A stretch of DNA of 42,273 nt from a virus. Of the stretch, positions 24,503 through 34,045 are shown one piece after another. The stretch's first letter is position 1. Each line of letters begins with the position of its first letter. Under the pieces are notes generated by a model. The model saw only the letters and a program-made list of their open reading frames with translations, ran no database searches and was not told the origin of the DNA. The DNA lies in the IMG/VR virus record IMGVR_UViG_3300033109_000034. One strand, given 5' to 3'. Made by a program: the position numbers and the translations under genes.

Positions 24503-24904
24503 TTACAGGCCCTTAATGACGTCGCGAACAGCGACCTCAATGCGTGTCAGGATGCCGCCGAGCTTTTGCCGGTAGGCCGGGCGGATAAACGGTGTTGCGG
24601 CGTGATGCTTTGTGCCGAATTCCGCCCACAAGGCTTTGAACCCGCCCCGGCGCCACTTCATCTTAAACCCGACCTGATTTCCGGAATAGCCCGCCGAGAC
24701 GCCAAGCCCGTCGCTGCTCACTTTATATATCGCAGCCTCTGCCATTTCGCCTGTCTGTTTCGGAGCGCCAGCGTCCATCGCGGCAACAAGCTCTCTGCCG
24801 GCGCGGTCCATCTCGATCCGGATTGGCATGCGCAATGACGGCTCTAGCCGGCGCAGCTGTTTACGCAGCCTCGATCCCCCCGACCGTCTGGCGCGCATCT
24901 TCAT
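24503..24904 (-). CDS. HK97 gp10-family tail component
   Basis: ELVAAMDAGAPKQTGEMAEAAIYKV...FGTKHHAATPFIRPA is typical of the family. ATGA coupling on its upstream side. Confidence 0.7.
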   Translation of the reverse strand: MKMRARRSGGSRLRKQLRRLEPSLRMPIRIEMDRAGRELVAAMDAGAPKQTGEMAEAAIYKVSSDGLGVSAGYSGNQVGFKMKWRRGGFKALWAEFGTKHHAATPFIRPAYRQKLGGILTRIEVAVRDVIKGL

Positions 24905-25242
24905 TGGATAGCGCCTTTCTCTGCGATAATCTCGGTATAGCTCGCCCGCGGGCCAGCTTGGCGGATTCCGCGAATGTTGAAATTGACACTGCCGCCAGTT
25001 GTCCAGGTAATCATATCATCGGTCGTTAGATCACTCGGCTTACTAGAGCTGTATACGGTGATGATATACGACGTTGACCCAAACAGTCGGCCTGCTTGTT
25101 CACCTTCACGCGCGGCCACTGGCTGGACGCTCGCCCACACAGTGCTAATCGTTGACGTGCTGGTGTCATAGCCTCCGTCGGAGCGCTTTGTCCGTGTAAC
25201 GCGCTTAAACGCGACGCGCTCGCGCATGCCCCCGCTACTCAT
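24901..25242 (-). CDS. Head-tail adaptor / head closure protein
   Basis: MRERVAFKR...DGGYD...WASVQPVAAREGEQAG...YIITV pattern. ATGA overlaps on both sides. Confidence 0.7.
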   Translation of the reverse strand: MSSGGMRERVAFKRVTRTKRSDGGYDTSTSTISTVWASVQPVAAREGEQAGRLFGSTSYIITVYSSSKPSDLTTDDMITWTTGGSVNFNIRGIRQAGPRASYTEIIAEKGAIQ

Positions 25243-25850
25243 GGCACGGCCTCACGCCACAAATACGGGCCAAGCAGCGCGCGAGCTGCCGCTTGCGCCG
25301 CCGTGGTCATGCCGCCGAAATTAGATTGCACCGGTTGGATTGAGCCCCCGGTGTCGTCACCGCGAGCGGCGTACATCTCGCCGAGCAACAGCAACGCCGC
25401 CTGTTTAACCGCCGGAGGTACCGTGGCATATCCCGCCGTGAACGCGACGGTGATAGCATCGGGCCGCTGGTAGGTGCTTGGCCACATCTGCGTGGCATTT
25501 AATTCGAGGTAAGCGGCGCCGCCGACTGGCTTTATCAGTGTGTAGACGCTGCTCGATAGCGTTTGCGACGCGTTGTCCAAATCGTAGTAGGTGACGCTGT
25601 CGAGTGAAATTAGCGGCGGGAGTGGGACGACCAGCCGATATGCTGGAAACTCGCCGAGCTTCAACACCCATTCTTGCTCGACAATAGCGCGCCTGAGATA
25701 CCCGCTCGGCCCATCTAGTGCGTTATCCACCGCCGCGACAAGCGCTCCTAGATACGTGTCCTCGTCAGTGTGCGAGATGCGCAAATGCGACTTTGCTTCC
25801 GCCGTACTAATCAGCGTCGCCGCTGGTGCCGTGCCGACTTCAAGCCACAT
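25239..25850 (-). CDS. gp6-like head-tail connector protein
   Basis: ISTAEAKSHLRISHTDEDTYLGALVAAVDNALD is the classic gp6-like N-terminal motif. Confidence 0.7.
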   Translation of the reverse strand: MWLEVGTAPAATLISTAEAKSHLRISHTDEDTYLGALVAAVDNALDGPSGYLRRAIVEQEWVLKLGEFPAYRLVVPLPPLISLDSVTYYDLDNASQTLSSSVYTLIKPVGGAAYLELNATQMWPSTYQRPDAITVAFTAGYATVPPAVKQAALLLLGEMYAARGDDTGGSIQPVQSNFGGMTTAAQAAARALLGPYLWREAVP

Positions 25851-25887
25851 TTGCGCACCTCAGTTTCTGTGCTTCACCAGGTCGCTA

Positions 25888-26322
25888 TTACACAACCGGG
25901 GAAATGTTCGACGCCGTGCGGTGCGCGACCGCTGAAATCGGCGTTCCGGTGTCGTGCGTTCCGGAAAAATTGGCGAGGAGCTTGAGATACCGCTTGCCGC
26001 CAACATAACCGTAGCTGTAGACGGCCGCCGCAGCGTGCGCGGCAGTCAGGCTCTTAATGATGCCATCCGTGATGCTGGTCACGCCGAGCATATCTGCGTC
26101 AGCCACCGCAGTATACGTCGAGTCGTCGTCGCTGTGCGTCAGCGTGAACTCGACTTTGTTGGTGGAGTCGAAGGTGATGCCGCCGATTCCGACCGCAATC
26201 GAGATTTCGCAAGCCCGATAGCCGCGAAGGTCGACCGCAGCCGGTGTGTTGTCAGCCGCAAGCGTCGCCGCGCCGATCAGCGCCGTAGGCGATGCCTCGT
26301 TATGCCGGTCAATCATCTGCAT
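25888..26322 (-). CDS. Hypothetical head-module protein (between capsid and connector genes)
   Basis: Good ORF in a conserved position. I recognised no motif. Confidence 0.5.
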   Translation of the reverse strand: MQMIDRHNEASPTALIGAATLAADNTPAAVDLRGYRACEISIAVGIGGITFDSTNKVEFTLTHSDDDSTYTAVADADMLGVTSITDGIIKSLTAAHAAAAVYSYGYVGGKRYLKLLANFSGTHDTGTPISAVAHRTASNISPVV

Positions 26323-26359
26323 GGTGTCAATCCTCTATGCTGTGCTGTTTGCTGTTAGC

Positions 26360-27697
26360 TTACGACGCAGCGATCTTGAGCAGCTTGATAGCCGCGAAAT
26401 CCTGCACACCACCGCCGACGCGCTTGGTCGTGTAGAACAGCACGTAGGGCTTGCTCGTGTACGGGTCGCGCAGCACGCGGATTCCGACGCGATCGACAAT
26501 CACATATCCGCGACGGAAATCACCGAATGCGACGGGATACGCGCCCGCGCCGATATCGGCCATGTTGTCGTCAGTGACAACGGGATAGCCGAGCAGCATG
26601 CTGGGCTGCCCGACCTGATTTGCGGGCTGCCAGATGTAGTTGTCGTTGGCATCTTTGACCTTGCGATATGCCGCCGTGGTCAGGTCGTTCATCACGAAGC
26701 TGGCCGCAGCGCGATAGCCTGATTTCAGGCTGTGAATGAGGCTGATCGTACTGTCATATGCCTTGTTGGACGAGTCGTTGAGCGCAGCCGCGACGCCGCT
26801 CGCCGTGTAGCCGATTTTGCCCCAGGTGTAGGACGCATTGGCAACATTGGTGTAGCTGGTGATGCCACGCGGTTTGCTCACGCCGTCGCCGCTGATGAAC
26901 GCCGAGCCCTCTTGCTCTGAGAACACGATAGCGATTTCGCCGCCAAGCCAGCTTTCGACATCAATCGCCGCGTCGTCGAGCAGCGTTTGCGTGGCTGCCG
27001 GCTGTGCGTAGATTTCGAAAGTCGGGAACGCCAGCTCGCTGAGCTGCGGCGTGCTCGTGTTGGCGCGCGAGCCCGTCTCAGTCACCCACCCCGACGTTGC
27101 ACCGCCGAGATTCATGGGCTTTTTGTAGACTGGGCTGGAAATCGAAATCACCTCTGCCAGGCTGCGCATGGCAGAGACGGTCCCGAGGACGCGGGACATG
27201 GCGCCGACAACCGGGTCAGACACCAAGAACCCGCCGTCCGGATCGGAAAACGTGGTCATGGCCGCGCTGGGCGCGCGCTTGGCGCGGAATGCGTCGTCAC
27301 TGACGCGGCCCCCCATCCATCCGCGGAATGCAGCGCGATATTCGCGGTCCTCCGCGGACTCGCCGCCGTTTCCGCTGCCCCCGCCCAGCATAGCCGAAGC
27401 GGCAAGCTGCTGAGACATAGCGCGGACGCTGCGGTCGAGTTCCGAAATCTCGTTGTTGATGCGGTCGACCTTATCCGTGGTGACAACATCGTCACGGCCC
27501 TTGGCCAGCGCAGCCAACCGCGCGTCGTTCTCGGCCTTGAACGCCTCGAAAGCGCGATTCAGGCCGTCAATCGCGGAGCTGACATCGCGTTGCGTCGTGT
27601 CGGCCGTGTCCGCCGTAGGCTGGGGGCCAGCGTTCGGGCCGCGAAGCTTCGGCACCGCAAGCTTTACAAGCTTGCGACCAGGGGTCATGTCGGTCAT
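26360..27697 (-). CDS. Major capsid protein, HK97 fold, with N-terminal coiled-coil delta-like domain
   Basis: 445 aa following the prohead protease gene. The coiled-coil N-terminus FEAFKAENDARLAALAKG...INNEISELDRSV is followed by a typical capsid body. Confidence 0.85.
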   Translation of the reverse strand: MTDMTPGRKLVKLAVPKLRGPNAGPQPTADTADTTQRDVSSAIDGLNRAFEAFKAENDARLAALAKGRDDVVTTDKVDRINNEISELDRSVRAMSQQLAASAMLGGGSGNGGESAEDREYRAAFRGWMGGRVSDDAFRAKRAPSAAMTTFSDPDGGFLVSDPVVGAMSRVLGTVSAMRSLAEVISISSPVYKKPMNLGGATSGWVTETGSRANTSTPQLSELAFPTFEIYAQPAATQTLLDDAAIDVESWLGGEIAIVFSEQEGSAFISGDGVSKPRGITSYTNVANASYTWGKIGYTASGVAAALNDSSNKAYDSTISLIHSLKSGYRAAASFVMNDLTTAAYRKVKDANDNYIWQPANQVGQPSMLLGYPVVTDDNMADIGAGAYPVAFGDFRRGYVIVDRVGIRVLRDPYTSKPYVLFYTTKRVGGGVQDFAAIKLLKIAAS

Positions 27698-27707
27698 GTG
27701 GTTTGTC

Positions 27708-28547
27708 CTAACTCTGTAGGGTGGCGGTCAACCGCGCGAGTGCGGCCACCAGATCAGCATTCCCCGCGGTGCTCGGCTGCGCCTTGGTGCTGGGCTTAGC
27801 CTTTGCTGCGGTTCTCGCTGCCCGAGTCAGTACGCCCGGAACCTGTGAGTAGGATGATAGATCGTGAGCCAGATTCTTCGCATCGGCAACGTCGCCAACT
27901 TCATCAGCGAAACCAAGGCGCGTTGCGTCCTCCGCGTCGAGCCACGTTTCAGAGTCCATCATTTCGACGATGTCGGCCACGTCCTGCCCCGTGCGCGCCG
28001 CATACGTCTTGGCCAATCGTGTGTCGATCTGCCCAAGCAACTTCGCTTGTGACGTCATCTCAGCTTTATCGCCAACCGCGACGTTCCAAGCGTTGTGGAT
28101 CATCAAAAATCCGTTGTCGGCAATCTCGATCGTATCGCCGGCCATCGCGAGCAGCGACGCCGCCGATGCAGCAAGGCCGGTCACACGGACATGCACCTCC
28201 GCCGGGTGCTGGCGCAGATCATCAAACATAGCAAACGCGTCGAACACCGACCCGCCAGGGGAGTTGATGTTGAGCTGAATTTTCGGCGCTGTAATCGTTT
28301 TCAGCAGCGCCTTGAACGTCTGCGCGTTGAGTTCCCAACCGCCGATAACATCATAGACATCAATAACAGCGGTGCTGTTGTCCTCAAACGCAAACGCCTC
28401 GAATCGCGCCCATTCCGGACGCTTGAAGCTCTGCGCCTCACTGCGCATTCCGGGCGCACGAACAGTCTCCGCGATGCGCTGGTCCAGCAGCGACGGACGC
28501 CCGGCTTTAGCCTGGGGCTTTGCCCTCTTAGCGCGACGGGATGCCAT
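27708..28547 (-). CDS. Prohead protease, ClpP/S14 family
   Basis: LNINSPGGSVFDAFAMFDDLRQH and GLAASAASLLAMAGD are ClpP signatures. I place the start at ATG 28547, although the track ORF extends to 28637. Confidence 0.85.
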   Translation of the reverse strand: MASRRAKRAKPQAKAGRPSLLDQRIAETVRAPGMRSEAQSFKRPEWARFEAFAFEDNSTAVIDVYDVIGGWELNAQTFKALLKTITAPKIQLNINSPGGSVFDAFAMFDDLRQHPAEVHVRVTGLAASAASLLAMAGDTIEIADNGFLMIHNAWNVAVGDKAEMTSQAKLLGQIDTRLAKTYAARTGQDVADIVEMMDSETWLDAEDATRLGFADEVGDVADAKNLAHDLSSYSQVPGVLTRAARTAAKAKPSTKAQPSTAGNADLVAALARLTATLQS

Positions 28548-29835
28548 GTGCCAAAGCCTTCTGCTTGATTGCGTCCATATTGGGCAGCACCGGAGCCGAC
28601 CCGGAACTCGCGGCGCGGAACGAATCCCCTTCGCCATCGTCCCGCGGGTTCATGCGTTCCATGCGGCGCCACTCATTCGGCGAAATGACGCCGTTGCGCG
28701 CCTGGATTTCGCGGCCTTGCTGCCGTGTGAGGAAGTCGGCGCGCGTCAATTCGTCAGTTTCGAATTTATAGCTGTATTGATCCTGTGCCTGTTCGCTCAG
28801 CAAATCACGGTCGCAAGCCTGGCTGATATTCGTCAGCCAAGGCAACAATGTGTAGGTCACAAAGCCGATGCCTTGCTGCTCGATGCCGCTTCCCCAGCTC
28901 GTTCCACGGTCAATATCGCCGATCATATGCGGCGGAATACCAAAAAACATGGCGATTTCGTTGCGTTGGAACTTGCGGGTTTCTAGAAATTGAGCCTCCT
29001 CAGAGGTCATTCCGACCTTTTCCCAGGTCATGCCCTCCTCTAGAAGCATGGTTTTATGCGCGTTATCAGCACCAGAATAGGCGGCGTCAAACGTCTCTTT
29101 GAGCCTTTTTGCAGCATCGCCAGACAACAATTGAGGGTGTTTCAGCACGCCAGCGGCTTGCGCGGCGTTGGTAAACAGCTTCGCGCCATGCTTTTCCGTC
29201 TGCATGGCGAGGCCGATAGCCTCCGCAGCGGCAGCAACGGGCGACAAACCTATAAACCGGTCAGTTGACAACGCACGAAAATGCATGATGTCGCTCTGCC
29301 GCAGCGGAGTAACAACACCATCTTTGTTGCGGTACTCATAAACGACTTGCATCGTTGTTTCGTCGAATTTCGGCGTAACCCGATCCGGGTGCAGTGGAAT
29401 CAGCTGCTGATTGCGGCTGCCTACCATGAATTTCTGCACATATGCGTTGCCGCGCAACGCCAGCGTGCCTACCAGGAACCGCTTAAACTCGAATGGCGTT
29501 TGCAGAAAATTCGGCCGCTTATTCATAAGCCGGTCAAGGGGATGCCCGACCGCGATGCGACTGGTCAAGCCACCGTCTTCATAAAGGCGAAGCGGCAGCA
29601 TAGCGACGGAATCGGCGAGTACGCGCACACACGCATAAACCGCAGAGACGCGCATCGCCGATTCCGCGCTAACATACGCGCCACTTGACGTGCTAGGCCC
29701 GCGGCGCAGAATCTCTGCGATCTGTTCCGGTGTCGTAGCGCGGCGCAGCTCGCCCGTCGAAGCACGCGGGCGACGCGGCTTTTTAGAAGACGAGGATTCC
29801 GCGCGTTTCGTAGACACTCGGGCCAATCGATTCAA
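28528..29835 (-). CDS. Portal protein, HK97 family
   Basis: AMRVSAVYACVRVLADSVAMLPL, FIGLSPV and FGIPPHMIGD patterns. The start is uncertain: TTG 29835 or GTG 29817. Confidence 0.85.
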   Translation of the reverse strand: MNRLARVSTKRAESSSSKKPRRPRASTGELRRATTPEQIAEILRRGPSTSSGAYVSAESAMRVSAVYACVRVLADSVAMLPLRLYEDGGLTSRIAVGHPLDRLMNKRPNFLQTPFEFKRFLVGTLALRGNAYVQKFMVGSRNQQLIPLHPDRVTPKFDETTMQVVYEYRNKDGVVTPLRQSDIMHFRALSTDRFIGLSPVAAAAEAIGLAMQTEKHGAKLFTNAAQAAGVLKHPQLLSGDAAKRLKETFDAAYSGADNAHKTMLLEEGMTWEKVGMTSEEAQFLETRKFQRNEIAMFFGIPPHMIGDIDRGTSWGSGIEQQGIGFVTYTLLPWLTNISQACDRDLLSEQAQDQYSYKFETDELTRADFLTRQQGREIQARNGVISPNEWRRMERMNPRDDGEGDSFRAASSGSAPVLPNMDAIKQKALAHGIPSR

Positions 29836-31516
29836 TCTCCGCCGGCTTATTTAACCCTGAAACTGCCATTGCCATCGCGACGGCGCCGTCAATTCGTCTG
29901 TTTTGCTGTCGCTTGTCGAATTTACGGTTGCCAGCCGGATCGCGCGTCAACCTAACATTTGCAATGCAGTAGGTCAACAATGGATTTCCACCATGTTGCA
30001 ACTGATGCGTTAATACCAAATCTTCTAACGAATCAATTGCCGGGCTCATATCCTTGTACCCTTGGCCATGCTCGATCAAAAGCAGGTCGAGCTTCTGGTT
30101 TTTCTCCGGTGCTTTCACAGCCGCGGATACGCCAGCAGCTTCAAGCGCGCGTGCGAATTCGTGGATTCGCCAGCGGTCGAAATGTAGCTGCTTTACCTTA
30201 TATCGGCCGAGAATAACCTTGATGTGCTCTGCGATCTGCGAATAGTCAATTACCCTACCTCCGAGAACGGTCAAATAACCTTTATCGCGCCAGACCACAT
30301 ACTGCGCCGCGTCTAGAATAGACCGCTCCGCTAGGTTTTCGGCGTGTGTCCAGTGCCACGCGCGCACGGCGACACGCCCATCGGCAAGACGAAACAGCAG
30401 CACAAGTGCGGTCAAGTCACGCCGCCCGGAAAGGTCCAGCCCGCCGACCGCTTCGACGCCGGCCAACTCCTCATCGGTCACTTCGTGGTCACATGCGCGC
30501 CAGTCCGTGGAATTCACGAATGCTTGCGCGCCGTCCACGCGCTGATTGAGCTGCAAGTTTCTAAATGCGGCCTCGTTTGACGGGCTGCGCTTAGCCTTCT
30601 CGGCTTGGCTGCGCATATCCGCCAGCACTTTAAAATCACCAAGCGCCGGATTTGCCAATACCCAATTGCGCTCGTCCCACGGGTCCGCTTCGTCTGGTAC
30701 CCGAAACACCCGGCCGAAAAACGTCGGGTCATCGAGTAAGCCGCGCTCTTGTTCGATCGCGTCGTCGCACAGCTCTGACATGACGCTCTGCGGATCGCTA
30801 GACTGCGTCGAGATCACGAGCAAAAGCGCATTAGCCTGTGCGCCGAAAGATGTCGCAAGCACGTCGTACAGTTCGCGCGTTTTCGCTTGCGCCAACTCGT
30901 CATAAATCACGAAATGCGGGTTTGCACCGTGCTGCGTATGCGCATCGGCTGATAGCGCTTGATAGAAACTGCCAAGGTGGTAACAGACAATTCGTTTTGT
31001 CGCATCCATGCACGCGCAAAGCTGGCTTAGCTCCGGGTCAAGACGCACCATCTGTGCGGCCATCTTATAAACCATGGCCGCTTGGTCTCGCGTCGTCGCC
31101 GCGGAGTAGACTTCTCCATTCATTTGGCTGAGCGGGCCGACCAAAGCGCACAAAAGCAGCGCCGCGGCGAGCGCCGACTTGCCGTTTTTGCGTGCGACAG
31201 ACCACAAAGCACGCCTAACTTTGCGGTTTCCGTGCTCATCAACCGAGTCGAAAGTGTCCCGAATGAGCTGCTTTTGCCACTCACGGAGGCGCAGCGGCGT
31301 GCCTTTTCCGACACCAGATGGCACCAAAAGGTGCTCGCAAAACGTGATAATGCGCTCTGAAATAGGGCCTTCAGCTACCGTTTGCCCAATAGGCCCGCGA
31401 ATTTCGACGCTGGCGCCTCTCTTTGAGCTTTTGGATTTGGTAGCCGCGCTCTTACGCCAGGGCTTAGCCCCAGCTTGTCGGCGCATCGGTGGATTTGCTC
31501 CGCTGCGGTTTTCCAT
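29783..31516 (-). CDS. terL: Terminase large subunit (Terminase_1 family)
   Basis: 577 aa. ARKNGKSALAAALLL is Walker-A-like and HFVIYDELAQ is Walker B. Position is between terS and portal. ATG 31486 is an alternative start. Confidence 0.88.
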   Translation of the reverse strand: MENRSGANPPMRRQAGAKPWRKSAATKSKSSKRGASVEIRGPIGQTVAEGPISERIITFCEHLLVPSGVGKGTPLRLREWQKQLIRDTFDSVDEHGNRKVRRALWSVARKNGKSALAAALLLCALVGPLSQMNGEVYSAATTRDQAAMVYKMAAQMVRLDPELSQLCACMDATKRIVCYHLGSFYQALSADAHTQHGANPHFVIYDELAQAKTRELYDVLATSFGAQANALLLVISTQSSDPQSVMSELCDDAIEQERGLLDDPTFFGRVFRVPDEADPWDERNWVLANPALGDFKVLADMRSQAEKAKRSPSNEAAFRNLQLNQRVDGAQAFVNSTDWRACDHEVTDEELAGVEAVGGLDLSGRRDLTALVLLFRLADGRVAVRAWHWTHAENLAERSILDAAQYVVWRDKGYLTVLGGRVIDYSQIAEHIKVILGRYKVKQLHFDRWRIHEFARALEAAGVSAAVKAPEKNQKLDLLLIEHGQGYKDMSPAIDSLEDLVLTHQLQHGGNPLLTYCIANVRLTRDPAGNRKFDKRQQNRRIDGAVAMAMAVSGLNKPAEIESIGPSVYETRGILVF

Positions 31517-31890
31517 GTGTCAATTGCCGGGTTTTTCCTGTGCCGCTCTCGGATCATGCCCGAGCCGTCTTCGTTGAATTTCTCTACACGCTCAGTAACC
31601 ACAACGCCGTGGTTATCAATTTCCGCCTGACTCTTGACGAGCATCGACCAGGCGAGCGCGTATGTGCTCATGACCGCTGTGTCGGCTGCCGAATACAATT
31701 CCGGCGGCATACACGCTACCAGCCGGTCCCACTCAAGCGATGCCAGCTCGTCCATTGATACCGCGGCGGGTTTGACCGGCGGCATGTTCGGCGTGATATC
31801 GGCATCGTCCGGCATGATCGCCAGCCGGCCGGGGTTGCCTTCGAGCAACCGCAGCGTTTTCGGCTTAGGCTTTGGTCCGCGCCTACCCAT
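31375..31890 (-). CDS. terS: Terminase small subunit, P27 family
   Basis: MGRRGPKPKPKTLRLLEGNPGR... and the C-terminal KLGLSPGVRARL are the P27-family hallmarks. Confidence 0.85.
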   Translation of the reverse strand: MGRRGPKPKPKTLRLLEGNPGRLAIMPDDADITPNMPPVKPAAVSMDELASLEWDRLVACMPPELYSAADTAVMSTYALAWSMLVKSQAEIDNHGVVVTERVEKFNEDGSGMIRERHRKNPAIDTWKTAAEQIHRCADKLGLSPGVRARLPNPKAQREAPASKFAGLLGKR

Positions 31891-31982
31891 TACGGGATCA
31901 GCCAGTTGAGAATCGCAGTGATGGCACTATGAACAAATATGCCGACAAAGCCGCAGAGCAGCCCGATCAGAAAATATTCCAT
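31890..31982 (-). CDS. 30-aa hydrophobic micro-ORF (MEYFLIGLLCGFVGIFVHSAITAILNWLIP) coupled to terS
   Basis: My own translation. Its TAA overlaps the terS ATG (TAATG). AAGG lies 7 nt upstream. It contains a single predicted TM helix. Confidence 0.35.
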   Translation of the reverse strand: MEYFLIGLLCGFVGIFVHSAITAILNWLIP

Positions 31983-32114
31983 TGTCACGCCTTGTTTGTT
32001 TCACCTAGCGCAATGTACTTGCGCGCGATATTTAGTCAATAGATCGTTGATCGTTAATAATTCCAACAATTACTTGCAGTTGCATATACTGGCGAAACTA
32101 TCGCAATTGAAAAT

Positions 32115-32139
32115 GCGTGCCCGCCCGCCGGTCCCCGAG
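32115..32139. other. Candidate cos cleavage region (GC block gcgtgcccgcccgccggtccccgag inside AT-rich spacer)
   Basis: It is the only GC-dense block in the AT-rich non-coding stretch 31983-32205 between HNH and terS. The tandem gatcgtt gatcgtt at about 32042 may be a terS-binding repeat. Confidence 0.3.
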
Positions 32140-32205
32140 TAAGTGCATGAAAAGATTTGGTTTTTGAGTGTCGCGCTAAAAACTACTGTAGATGTCGTAT
32201 AGTAT

Positions 32206-32505
32206 TCACCACGTATTATTCAGAGGGTACCCATCGGCATCGCAAGTATTACTATGGTTATACTTGCTCTGATCTTGGCTTTGCTTGGTGCTGTTGTGGT
32301 GATGCTGGCACAATGACTGCCAGTTGCTTTGATCCCAAAACAACGTAGCATCGCCCTTATGTGGTTTTACATGGTCAACTACTGTAGCGGGCGTGACCCG
32401 ACCTGCGGCAACACACATGACGCACAGCGGGTGCCGTGCCAGATAGTCAGCCCGTGCCCCCTGCCATTTGCGGTTGTAAAATGGATGCCGCCGCTTGCCG
32501 GTCAT
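32206..32505 (-). CDS. HNH endonuclease (terminase-associated, HK97 gp74-like)
   Basis: HPLCVMCVAAGRVTPATVVDHVKPHKGD...FWDQSNWQSLCQHHHNSK-type motif. It lies next to terS/terL. Confidence 0.9.
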   Translation of the reverse strand: MTGKRRHPFYNRKWQGARADYLARHPLCVMCVAAGRVTPATVVDHVKPHKGDATLFWDQSNWQSLCQHHHNSTKQSQDQSKYNHSNTCDADGYPLNNTW

Positions 32506-32621
32506 ATGCCGGGCAGCATTAGTTGTATCTCAAATGGGATAATCTTGTCGGGGACCGCACCGCAAACAAGCTCGCGTGCGACCTCCTCTCCGCGTGAGTT
32601 GATATAAATACGATACCACAT
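32502..32621 (-). CDS. 39-aa micro-ORF coupled (ATGA) to the HNH gene
   Basis: My own translation: MWYRIYINSRGEEVARELVCGAVPDKIIPFEIQLMLPGI. The SD is weak. Confidence 0.25.
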   Translation of the reverse strand: MWYRIYINSRGEEVARELVCGAVPDKIIPFEIQLMLPGI

Positions 32622-32644
32622 GCAACCATCGACTAGTGCGTATG

Positions 32645-32953
32645 TCATTTGACCACCTGTTTGCAGCTGAGAATATCAACCTCGCCGCAATCATACCCCT
32701 CGCGAATGCGATCATACAAGCGCGCTATTTTTGCCTCACACGCTTTTTCTGAGGAAACGTGAAACGTTGGAACCCGGAACGGGCCGCGCATCACGAACAT
32801 TGGCGTAACAACCGATGGCTTCCGACAATTATAGCACCTATATATTCCAGATAGCCTGTCGCTGGTCGCACCCGACCATGCATCAATCAGGCGTTCCGAT
32901 CGCGCGTTACAGTGCGCGCAATGAACGTATGAATCGGCAAAGCGAACAAGCAT
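32645..32953 (-). CDS. Hypothetical zinc-ribbon protein
   Basis: ATG 32953 follows GGGGGAA. CAHCNARS...CYNCRK gives two CxxC pairs. Confidence 0.5.
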   Translation of the reverse strand: MLVRFADSYVHCAHCNARSERLIDAWSGATSDRLSGIYRCYNCRKPSVVTPMFVMRGPFRVPTFHVSSEKACEAKIARLYDRIREGYDCGEVDILSCKQVVK

Positions 32954-33118
32954 GTTTCCCCCGTTCTGTTCTGGCGTTCCGACCAACAAAACGCCGCAGA
33001 ACAGCCTGTTCCGCTTCGATGTTCTTGTCAATGTTCTGTTGACTAAAAAACGCGTTCCGTTCATGGTCATTAGCCATACCGGAACGGTAGCGTTCCGAAA
33101 CAAAAAGGGGTGATCGGT

Positions 33119-34045
33119 ATGACTGCAAAAATAGCTGTGTTTCTGTTTGTCCTAATAGCCGGAGCGAGCAACACCATTTTCGCGTGGGGCTTATCCCCGG
33201 ACCCTGTTGGCCGTTGTTTTTGGGTCGCAATCGCTGTGGCTTCCGCGCTCTACACAACCCAAGCGCTTTCGGTATTGGCTAGGCAACTAACCGCTCGTGC
33301 ATGGTGGCGTGCTGCCGCTGCGGTTGTGCTTGCATGTGCAACACTTGGCTATGATGTGCTCGCGGCTTACGGGCTTTCTGCGGCGGAGCAGTCTCGACTA
33401 TCATTTACAACCGATCGCGACAGCTCACGGCTTTCGGCAGCGCGCCGCGACCTTGTGACCGCTGAGCGCGCGCTTGCTGCTCGATCCGATGTGCCGCCTA
33501 CCATAGAGGCTAAAGGCCGGCTAGCCGCATGCCGGCGCGACTGCGCAGCCCACAAGGCCGTATTGGCCGCGGCGGAGGGGAGAGACGCACTAAGGGCCGA
33601 CGTGGACCACCTACGCGCCGCGCTCGCTCAAATGAGCGCGCCGGCTGCTGGCGATATGCGATCAGCACTTATCGGGCCGGAGCTGGCTGCGTGGCTGCCG
33701 GTTCTGATTGTGACGCTGGGAAGCTTGCTCGGCGGATTCTCAGCCGGCGCGGCGCCTAAGCCTGACGCTGTAGCTGCTCCCGAAACACCTGAGCCTGCCC
33801 CCGTAGCCGCTCCCGAACAGATAACGCCAGATGCGCACCCGCTTGTACCCAAGCTCCGGCGAGTCGCCGAAAATCCGCCCGATGGGATACACATCGCTGA
33901 AGGTTGGATTGTCGGCTCTCAGCGCAAATTGGCGACCGCAATAGGTACGGCGCCTAGCCGGCTCAATGCTCAACTTCGCGACGCTGCTGAGTCTGGCGCT
34001 ATTGAGCTACGGACGGACGGGGGCACTGCAGTTCGCCTTAATTGA
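33119..34045 (+). CDS. Membrane protein: 3 N-terminal TM helices, coiled coil, 4th TM, Pro/Ala linker, C-terminal HTH-like domain
   Basis: ATG 33119 lies 9 nt after AAGGGG. TM segments IAVFLFVLIAGASNTIFAW, FWVAIAVASALYTTQAL, AAAVVLACATLGYDVLAAYGL and LAAWLPVLIVTLGSLLGGF. The C-terminus GSQRKLATAIGTAPSRLNAQLRDAAESGAIEL resembles an HTH. Confidence 0.6.
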   Translation: MTAKIAVFLFVLIAGASNTIFAWGLSPDPVGRCFWVAIAVASALYTTQALSVLARQLTARAWWRAAAAVVLACATLGYDVLAAYGLSAAEQSRLSFTTDRDSSRLSAARRDLVTAERALAARSDVPPTIEAKGRLAACRRDCAAHKAVLAAAEGRDALRADVDHLRAALAQMSAPAAGDMRSALIGPELAAWLPVLIVTLGSLLGGFSAGAAPKPDAVAAPETPEPAPVAAPEQITPDAHPLVPKLRRVAENPPDGIHIAEGWIVGSQRKLATAIGTAPSRLNAQLRDAAESGAIELRTDGGTAVRLN

